A DNA stretch of 20,000 nt from the IMG/VR virus record IMGVR_UViG_3300032316_001438. The stretch is one strand, 5' to 3'. Source of the stretch: an uncultured virus (IMG/VR IMGVR_UViG_3300032316_001438) (taxonomy: Duplodnaviria > Heunggongvirae > Uroviricota > Caudoviricetes). The notes beneath the pieces were generated by a model. The model was not told the origin of the DNA and did not search any database. It was given only the letters and a program-made list of their open reading frames with translations. Both the position numbers and the translations under genes were made by a program. How positions within the stretch are numbered: the first letter of the stretch is position 1; every line of letters begins with the position of its first letter. This document shows, piece after piece, positions 1 to 7,005 of this stretch.

Positions 1-122
1 AAACGCAGTTTTGTTTTGACATGGTAGCTGGATTAAGAATTGATATTTTCTCTTATCAACACTTAACATCAGCCTTGAGTCAGCAACCGACCGTCCAGGC
101 TACCAAAGAAAAAAGTATGAAA

Positions 123-542
123 TCAGAGTGTATCCAAAAACGAGGGTCCTGCGACTGGCATATTTACCAGGGTCGCATCTTTTTCATTGCCTCGCTTACT
201 GGCAGGGGTGGAGGTTGCTAGTGATCTTCTGTAAATCTCCTGCATGTCGTCATCAGTGAGCTCTTCGAGTTTGGTATTAGATCCTTCAAGCTGGTCAACA
301 AAGAGTTCGATTGCTTTTTCCAGTGCTCGTCTTTTTGAGTAGAAGGAGTCTTTCCTTTTTCTCACCGTCTTTACGATTCGCTCAAGCAAGATGTAATGGT
401 GTAGTGATAGGTTGTAACTTTTCGTATGATACACTTTCTTAAGATCCTTGCCTTCCAGGTTTTCAGTGATCTTGGCCTTTAGTGACTGCGCGACCTTGCC
501 GGTGTTGATCCGAGGGAGGGAGGCCTTATAGTTATTTCCCAT
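123..542 (-). CDS. Small putative ribbon-helix-helix DNA-binding protein, possibly a centromere-binding/partition adaptor
   Basis: 139-aa ORF. Segment TKSYNLSL-HHYILLERIVKTVRKRK-DSFYSKRRALEKAIELFVDQL fits a strand-helix-helix pattern. It lies next to the origin, with short repeats upstream. Function is inferred. Confidence 0.5.
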   Translation of the reverse strand: MGNNYKASLPRINTGKVAQSLKAKITENLEGKDLKKVYHTKSYNLSLHHYILLERIVKTVRKRKDSFYSKRRALEKAIELFVDQLEGSNTKLEELTDDDMQEIYRRSLATSTPASKRGNEKDATLVNMPVAGPSFLDTL

Positions 543-574
543 ATTATGAGGTATTTAATAATGACTGTAAATAT

Positions 575-822
575 AGTAAAAAGTAATAAAAAAAAAATCA
601 TTAAAGTCTGTTAAGTGCGCTTTAGAGCCAAAAATGGCTTTAAAATCAAATAGTAATGTTTCATTACTTTCATTGTTTCGCGCCTAAGTAACAAAAGTAA
701 TAAGAGTAATAAAGGCAAGAAAAGCGAGTCAGGCAGTGAGTCGTCGATATGTTGTAACTGTAGATAGTTACAGGCATGTCGGTATCAGGCCACATTCTGT
801 AACACGTAGTGTTACAGGTAAT
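575..822. repeat. GTAAY-core repeat array (candidate centromere/operator)
   Basis: AGTAAT at 582 and 652; palindrome AGTAATG-TTT-CATTACT at 652-668; 9-bp-period AGTAAY copies at 687, 696 and 705; palindromes TGTAACT-N6-AGTTACA (753-772) and CTGTAACAC-GTA-GTGTTACAG (797-817). Confidence 0.55.
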
Positions 823-840
823 ATTTTGAAAGTAGGGAGA

Positions 841-887
841 AGGCTACATGCCGTCCTAATTCATCCCATACGGATGGAATTGGACGC
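841..887. promoter_or_regulatory. 29-bp element shared with 12011-12039, containing an inverted pair of the origin-2 repeat
   Basis: 841-869 aggctacatgccgtcctaattcatcccat matches 12011-12039 at 26/29. 851-868 on the minus strand reads TGGGAT-GAATT-AGGACGG. A degenerate plus-strand copy ACGGAT-GGAAT-TGGACGC lies at 870-887. Confidence 0.7.
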
Positions 888-921
888 CTCAAAGGCACCA
901 ATGGCCCCTTTTCAAAAGGAT

Positions 922-1030
922 ATTTGAAAAAAAAGACATTAGGACATAACGTCTTTATTAACACTATAATACTAATACATAATAGGGTCGGGATTGCACT
1001 AATAACATACAGATAATCAATTATTTATGG
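922..1030. other. AT-rich tract next to the iterons (putative DNA-unwinding element of origin 1)
   Basis: Visibly A/T-rich non-coding stretch immediately left of the iteron cluster, as expected for an iteron origin. Confidence 0.55.
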
Positions 1031-1039
1031 GAAAACGGT

Positions 1040-1266
1040 GTGGAGGGTTTTGCGAGGTAAAATGGCCTATACGTGGAGGGTTTTGCGCTGTTTCTGTGGT
1101 GTGCTTTGCGGGGCAATCACCAATAAGTGGAGGGTTTTGCGTGAAGCCGTCTTGGTACAGCCAACAAGGGATAGGAATAGAACTGTGGAGGGTTTTGCGC
1201 TATGCCTAAACAAGTCAAATCCGTTCTGATTTCAGGGTTTTATACTGAACTGTGGAGGGAATTGCG
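1040..1266 (+). repeat. Iteron cluster of origin 1: six direct repeats of GTGGAGGGTTTTGCG
   Basis: Exact copies at 1040, 1073, 1127 and 1185. Variants at 1096 (gtggtgtgctttgcg) and 1252 (gtggagggaattgcg). The cluster ends about 110 bp upstream of the rep gene. Confidence 0.88.
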
Positions 1267-1375
1267 GTGAATAAAAAGCCCAATGCAAACATCTCAAAAT
1301 AGGAAAATTGAAAGAAAACAGCAAAGTTTGTCCCAGACGTCCTAAAAACAATACAAACGAAAAGCAAAGTCCACA

Positions 1376-2695
1376 ATGAATGAGGTCAACTTGGGCGAAA
1401 AGCACCCAGTCTTATATGACATGGCGCAGCCTAATTTTTTGGTCAGCCTATTCACCGGTACAGCAAAGAAGGGTACCCAACAAAGGCAGAAAACACCATT
1501 AACTGTTTCAGAGCACAAACTGCTAACCTGTGCCATACACGCGCACTATGCCAGCGTGAGTGAGAACACAACGGGATACTTTGACATACCCTACAGCCGA
1601 ATATTTTCCGAGGCCTCCCTAAGCTCCAGTAACAAGAAAGTGATGGTGGAAAGGATTGCAGAGAGTCTCCACAGTAAGGTCTTGATCATGGACAAGAACG
1701 CCGCCCAGTTATTGTATCAGGATACAAAGCTACAGGGAGCGACCTTCAACATATTCTACGAGGTAAGATACTACTCTTCCTATTTCAGGGTATCACTACA
1801 TCCCAAGTACACAGAGGCCCTTGGCATGCTTCGCACACTTGGATTTACTAAAGGTGACTTTGCCACGCTAATGACATTCAACCATCAGTGGTCTTTTCCT
1901 TTTTACTGGCGAGCTCGCCAATGGCAGCAGCGAAGTAAGACCATACAAGTTCCTTTGGACGAGCTTCGATCGGTGATGTACCTGGACGGAGCTTACAAAG
2001 AATGGAGAGACCTCGACAGGCAGGTACTCAAAGTTTTACAGGAGAAAGAATTCTCCTCCACATGGACCTCGTTTTCTTACAAACCGATTAAAGAAAACCG
2101 GAAAGTAGTTGCCGTGGAACTGACTTTTGATAAAGGGCCGGGTGACGAAAGAGATTTGCCTATCGGGATGGGATACAAGTGGGAGGGAACCATGGACGGA
2201 TACGGGATGATGAAAAACTGTATCCGCAAAATCAGGCACTTTGTTAAGTGCGGTGAGACTCACACAATGGGCTTTGCATGGGATGACGAATACGTGCGCT
2301 TAAGCATGGAGGGGTTTCGCCGCGAGCTGGTAAGAAAGCAATCAAAATCAGGTGCCGCGAAGGTTAATAAGCCAGGGGCATATCTATACATCGGTCTAAT
2401 GAAAGGCTACTGGATATCCTTTGTGAGCGAAGAGAGAGCTCGTAAACAGACAGAATTATTCCAGCAAGGGCCGGTACATATTCCCGCGCAAGGCCAGAGC
2501 GATAGTGACATTGCCATGGACACCGATGTTAAAAATGAGCCTAAGGCCGTAGAGGATCCTCAGCAGGTCATCGATAGCTGGATGAGTCTGTACAAAGATA
2601 TTGTGAAGGAGAACGAAAAGTTGTACCCGACTTTTGAAAAGTTCATGGTTGCCATGGGCCATAAGTTTATTAGTGGTGTGTGGGAGAAAATATAA
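1376..2695 (+). CDS. Plasmid replication initiator protein, Rep_3/RepB-type winged-helix
   Basis: 439 aa with Rep_3-like segments: LTVSEHKLLTCAI, FTKGDFATLMTFNHQWSFPFY, IQVPLDELRSVM and YKEWRDLDRQVLK...FSYKPIKENRKVVAVELTF. Iterons lie upstream. Confidence 0.88.
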   Translation: MNEVNLGEKHPVLYDMAQPNFLVSLFTGTAKKGTQQRQKTPLTVSEHKLLTCAIHAHYASVSENTTGYFDIPYSRIFSEASLSSSNKKVMVERIAESLHSKVLIMDKNAAQLLYQDTKLQGATFNIFYEVRYYSSYFRVSLHPKYTEALGMLRTLGFTKGDFATLMTFNHQWSFPFYWRARQWQQRSKTIQVPLDELRSVMYLDGAYKEWRDLDRQVLKVLQEKEFSSTWTSFSYKPIKENRKVVAVELTFDKGPGDERDLPIGMGYKWEGTMDGYGMMKNCIRKIRHFVKCGETHTMGFAWDDEYVRLSMEGFRRELVRKQSKSGAAKVNKPGAYLYIGLMKGYWISFVSEERARKQTELFQQGPVHIPAQGQSDSDIAMDTDVKNEPKAVEDPQQVIDSWMSLYKDIVKENEKLYPTFEKFMVAMGHKFISGVWEKI

Positions 2696-2699
2696 TCTC

Positions 2700-2732
2700 T
2701 AAACGGTAACCTATAAACGGTAACCTATAAAC
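2700..2732 (+). repeat. 14-bp tandem repeat TAAACGGTAACCTA x2.4 between rep and dnaB
   Basis: Sequence reads taaacggtaaccta taaacggtaaccta taaac. Confidence 0.9.
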
Positions 2733-2742
2733 AGAAAGCTCA

Positions 2743-4191
2743 ATGACATCATTACAGGTTCGAAGTAAGGGTAATCAGAAAGCTGCCCACAAGCGAGAGC
2801 TGGTCGTCATACAAGACATCCCTTCAGGGTTTGGCAAGCTGCCTCCTCAGGCAATCGATCTGGAACAGGCTGTAGTTGGAGCGCTGCTTCTTGAGCGTGA
2901 TGCGCTTACAACTGTAATCTCGTTTTTGAAAGCAGAGCATTTTTATGATTCCAGACATAGCGCGATATATAGCGCTGTGGTGACTTTGTTTCAAAACACT
3001 TCTCCGGTAGACATGCGAACAGTAGTTCATCAGCTTCGAGTCAACGGAACATTGGAGTTTAGCGGAGGTGCCTACTATGTAGCGGAGTTAACAAGCAAAG
3101 TAAGCTCAGCGGCCAATATTGAATACCACGCCCGCATTATCGTGGAGATGGCCATGAAGAGAAACCTTATCACACTCTCATCTCAGCTTACCCAAGACGC
3201 TTACGAGGATAGCGTTGATGTTTTCGAACTATTGGACAAAGTAGAGCAACGGGTATTTGAGATTTGTCAAGCCAACACCAGGGAGGAGACAAAAGCCATG
3301 GCAACGCTGATGAATACCGCTGTGGGATCGATACTATCCAAGATGAAAAACAAAAGCGCCTCCTCCGGGGTGCCCTCAGGGATATTGTCTTTGGATAGAG
3401 TAACCGATGGGTGGCAGGCTTCGGATCTAATTATCATTGCAGCCAGACCGGGTATGGGTAAGAGTGGTCTGGCGGCTACTATTATTAGAAATGCAGCGGT
3501 TGAATTTAATTTGCCGGTAGCTCTTTTTTCTCTTGAAATGTCAAGCCAGCAGGTCGTCAACCGACTAATCAGCATGGAGTCTGAATTAGACGGAGACATA
3601 ATTAAAAAAGGAAACCTGGCCGATTATCAATGGCAGCAGTTAGTGTCTAAGACGAGCCGGTTATCAAACGCCCCGATTTTCATTGATGACACGCCCGCTC
3701 TATCCATCTTGGAGCTAAGAGCAAAATCTAGGAGGCTGAAGGCACAGAATGGCGTGCAGCTAATTATCGTTGACTACTTACAGTTGATGAAGGGCGATAT
3801 GAATGGAAATCGTGAGCAGGAAATCGCCTCCATATCGCGTGCGTTAAAAACCATCGCTAAAGAACTCAGTGTGCCAGTTATAGCGCTATCTCAATTAAGT
3901 AGAGGAGTAGAGACAAGAGGAGGAGACAAGCGTCCGCAGCTTTCGGATCTACGCGAGTCAGGTAGCATTGAACAGGATGCTGACATGGTAATTTTCTTGT
4001 ACCGTCCGGATTACTACAAAATAGATGTAGATGAACAAGGCCTGCCTACGGCAGGGACAGCCGAATTAATTATTGCCAAGCACCGGAACGGAAGTCTGGA
4101 AAATGTCAAGACAAAGTTCATCGGAAAATTCACCAAGTTCGTTGATCTGGAAAAGGACTACAACAAAAGCGACAACTACGATCGCTTTTGA
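2743..4191 (+). CDS. dnaB: Replicative DNA helicase DnaB
   Basis: N-terminal GKLPPQAIDLEQAVVGALL; Walker A AARPGMGKS; FSLEMS; IIVDYLQLM; LSQLSR; DLRESGSIEQDAD; IAKHRNG. Full length, no intein visible. Confidence 0.98.
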   Translation: MTSLQVRSKGNQKAAHKRELVVIQDIPSGFGKLPPQAIDLEQAVVGALLLERDALTTVISFLKAEHFYDSRHSAIYSAVVTLFQNTSPVDMRTVVHQLRVNGTLEFSGGAYYVAELTSKVSSAANIEYHARIIVEMAMKRNLITLSSQLTQDAYEDSVDVFELLDKVEQRVFEICQANTREETKAMATLMNTAVGSILSKMKNKSASSGVPSGILSLDRVTDGWQASDLIIIAARPGMGKSGLAATIIRNAAVEFNLPVALFSLEMSSQQVVNRLISMESELDGDIIKKGNLADYQWQQLVSKTSRLSNAPIFIDDTPALSILELRAKSRRLKAQNGVQLIIVDYLQLMKGDMNGNREQEIASISRALKTIAKELSVPVIALSQLSRGVETRGGDKRPQLSDLRESGSIEQDADMVIFLYRPDYYKIDVDEQGLPTAGTAELIIAKHRNGSLENVKTKFIGKFTKFVDLEKDYNKSDNYDRF

Positions 4192-4213
4192 CTTTTTGCC
4201 TACAACATAAAAA

Positions 4214-5191
4214 ATGGAAAATAAACACCGTATTCATGTATTGAACATCTTTCTAATGTTCATATCGATGGTTATGGCTTTTATAGTACCCTTTGAATTG
4301 TTTTTACTGTCCTACGCGGTATTGGGCCCCTTGCACTATTTAACGGAAATTAATTGGTTGAATAATAACAACTTTTATCTAAAGCGGAAAAGGGATGTAT
4401 GGATACTTATCGTGCTGGCGATTTTGATTTCAGCTCCAGCCATAGCGAGCCTGGTCAGCTTGTTCTTCCAGCCAGAAAATCAAAGTTTATTTGTATACAT
4501 ATTAAAACTCATAAAAGGTCAGTTTGGCACTATTCTGTTTGTGATTCTGGTAATTGCGATAGCCTTTGTCTATAGGCCTAGCTTTGTTAGAGTTCTGGTA
4601 CTCGTATTCACAGCAGGAGTACTAATGTATTTTTTTAGAGATACAAAAATGTACTATATCCTTTTCACAATTCTTCTTCCAACAATAATTCATGTATACT
4701 TATTCACTCTACTATTCGTGGCTTATGGCGCGATTAAGACCAGGAGTATGTTAGTTAAAATAGAGGTAATAGCCTTAGCTATAGTTCCACTACTAATTGC
4801 TTTGATACCGGTCAGCACAAATACCTACATACTGAGCGTTGAGACACTGACCATATTAAAGGAGAGTAAATTGGGAGATATAAACAATAGCGTTGGTCAA
4901 ATACTAGGCGAAGCAAATAAAGATATGAATGAGTTTATACTTTCAGGTACTGGAATTAGAATCCAAATATTTATTGCCTTTGCCTATACTTACCATTATT
5001 TGAATTGGTTTTCGAAAGTTAAGCTGATCGGATGGCTTAACGATACGTCGTTAAAAAATCAAGTTTCATTAGTCATAATATGGACATTCTCGCTAACCCT
5101 GTACTATTACGACTATCGGCTCGGACTGACTGCCCTTACTTTTTTGAGTATGCTACATGTCATTTTAGAATTCCCACTGAACATAGTCTAG
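4214..5191 (+). CDS. Multi-pass integral membrane protein of unknown function with His-containing motifs
   Basis: 325 aa with many hydrophobic segments. Motifs LGPLHYLTEI, TIIHVY, AYTYHYLNWFSK and LHVILEFPLN. Visibly more AT-rich than rep/dnaB. Confidence 0.85.
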   Translation: MENKHRIHVLNIFLMFISMVMAFIVPFELFLLSYAVLGPLHYLTEINWLNNNNFYLKRKRDVWILIVLAILISAPAIASLVSLFFQPENQSLFVYILKLIKGQFGTILFVILVIAIAFVYRPSFVRVLVLVFTAGVLMYFFRDTKMYYILFTILLPTIIHVYLFTLLFVAYGAIKTRSMLVKIEVIALAIVPLLIALIPVSTNTYILSVETLTILKESKLGDINNSVGQILGEANKDMNEFILSGTGIRIQIFIAFAYTYHYLNWFSKVKLIGWLNDTSLKNQVSLVIIWTFSLTLYYYDYRLGLTALTFLSMLHVILEFPLNIV

Positions 5192-5553
5192 ATACGAGGA
5201 GTGATCGGATTTGTTTCCAATAAGCTTAGGCTACAATCAAGATAAAATCAACTCCCTATCACAATAGCCAATTTCTCGGTTGCAGGCCAATCAACCAGAA
5301 TAGACTCAATTGGATTAAGCTATTTTCAAAGGAGAGTTAATCGAATCTAAAAGCGTAGATATCAGCTAAAAATAGTACTAGCGGCCCTTATAATTTTTAG
5401 CGCTTGATTGCTTGATGCAACCTTGGTCAAAGTGAATGAAATCAGTTGACTAACAGCACTGAACAAAAGAAGAGATTGAACACGATCATCATGTTTTAAT
5501 CAAAAACCAATGTGTAGAAAATCCGGATCACATTGATAGCGGAGTTATTATAG

Positions 5554-5586
5554 AAAAAAAAATCCGCCTACTTATCTAGGCGGATT
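5554..5586 (-). terminator. Rho-independent terminator-like hairpin, minus-strand orientation
   Basis: Perfect 10-bp stem AATCCGCCTA (5561-5570) / TAGGCGGATT (5577-5586) with a 6-nt loop. The A-run on the left gives a U-tail on the minus strand. Confidence 0.65.
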
Positions 5587-5733
5587 AGTACCCTGTCGAT
5601 GATCTAGATCGGCAGGGTGGGCCAGTTTTTTACTTCGTTAACGTCCAAAAACCATCAAACCCAAGGATACAAGATTAATGAGTTGTTTTTTATTATCCAA
5701 AAACGGAGAGTCTACTGGTCATCTGCCATGAAA

Positions 5734-6110
5734 CTCAAAAATTGGATGATTGAAAAAAAAAGGTAATATTTGTCACAGACGTCCAAAAAAAAACAAAAGC
5801 AAAGTCCACAATGCATAAGGTCAACTTGGGCAAAAAGCACCCGGTCGTAACTGACGTGGAGCAGCCTGATATTATAGTAAGCTTATTCACCGATATAGTA
5901 AATAAGCGTACCCAACAAGGGAAGAAAACGCCATTAACTCTCTGGCAGCATAAGCCGCTCAACGGCTACATACACGCGCAAGTTGCGAGCGTGAGTGAGA
6001 TTACAACGGGAAGTTCAGACATCCGATCAGCTGAATATTTATCAACCCATCTCAGGGGTTCGGTAACAAAAAGTAAGCGTTGAGATGTTTACAGATAACC
6101 TGATCAAAAG
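5734..6110 (+). pseudogene. Degenerate copy of the rep leader and 5' end
   Basis: Aligns with about 1293-1680. The ORF at 5811 shares 42 of its first 71 aa with Rep (hand count, no gaps). A frameshift follows near 6020, then a stop at 6083. The iterons are not included in the copy. Confidence 0.9.
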
Positions 6111-6248
6111 GGAAAGGTGTCAGTTAAGTCGCATACTGGCCAGAACTCGGCCAAGGCACTTTCCATGATTTGTCGCCGCCCTACATAGTCATTCATTATG
6201 GAGGCTATTAATAATTAGTTTTCAACTAAACACTACACAAATCAAATT

Positions 6249-6992
6249 ATGTATCTAAAACAAAAATCGTATCTAAGATTAAAGAGGATACTACTGATGT
6301 CTACCTTTTTGGTGATGGCGTTGGTGAGCTCTGTGAATGCCCAATTTTTAATTGGTGCGCAGACGGGCGTAAACCTAAATCAGTTTACCATGCCCGGTAC
6401 AACGATAGGAATTAATGCGGGCGCTTTCGGATCATACAAGTTCCTGCCTTTCCTCAGTGCACGCATTGAAATCATGTACTCTCAGGAAGGTGGCGGAAGG
6501 CAGAACTATAGTTTCCCATTGGCCGGTGGTTCTATGCTTCCCGATCTCAGGACGAGTATTCTCGCACTTAACTACATTAATCCATACGTGTACATACACA
6601 ACCTGCATGTACCTCTGATGGTGGAGTTAACGCTGCCTGAATTTGACCAGGCATCCGTCGCGCCTAAGCTACTACTTGGCGGAAGCTATAGCTATATGAT
6701 CAGCGCCAACGAGATGCACACCAAGCAGTACACATTTACTGACGGCACATTTGCCAACGTCCCTTATTTGACTGAGGTAGTAACGGCCGACTATGTGGCC
6801 AGCCAAATAAGTATTTTGGCGGGCTTGGGTCTGGATTTTAAAGGAGAAAAAAGAAATTTCTCTTTTGACATTCGCTACCGGCAAGGGCTTACCCAGTTAA
6901 ATAACATCAAAGAGTCTTTCTCTTTCAAAGATGGAAGGCTGTTCTCCTCAACTTTAAGTTTTAATTTCTCCATGTCTATTTTCAAATTTTAA
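6249..6992 (+). CDS. Outer-membrane beta-barrel protein (porin family/OMP_b-brl_2-like)
   Basis: Signal peptide ending VNA-Q; alternating beta-strands; EIMYSQEGG, LHVPLMVEL and FDIRYRQGL motifs; C-terminal Phe. The start could instead be at 6297. Confidence 0.85.
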   Translation: MYLKQKSYLRLKRILLMSTFLVMALVSSVNAQFLIGAQTGVNLNQFTMPGTTIGINAGAFGSYKFLPFLSARIEIMYSQEGGGRQNYSFPLAGGSMLPDLRTSILALNYINPYVYIHNLHVPLMVELTLPEFDQASVAPKLLLGGSYSYMISANEMHTKQYTFTDGTFANVPYLTEVVTADYVASQISILAGLGLDFKGEKRNFSFDIRYRQGLTQLNNIKESFSFKDGRLFSSTLSFNFSMSIFKF

Positions 6993-7005
6993 ACTCAAAC
7001 AAACT

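Noticed and set aside
1027..1229. ORFs 1027-1209 and 1038-1229 with repeated GGFC / WRVLR peptides
   Set aside because: These are translations of the iteron repeats, not plausible genes.
1040..1266. Repeats as a CRISPR array or as DnaA boxes
   Set aside because: The units are only 15 bp with irregular 8-52 bp gaps, non-palindromic, and no cas genes are present. TGTGGAGGG differs from TGTGGATAA at three positions.
1342..5962. Similar antisense ORFs 1342-1536 and 5735-5962
   Set aside because: Their similarity is a by-product of the rep duplication, with no independent coding evidence.
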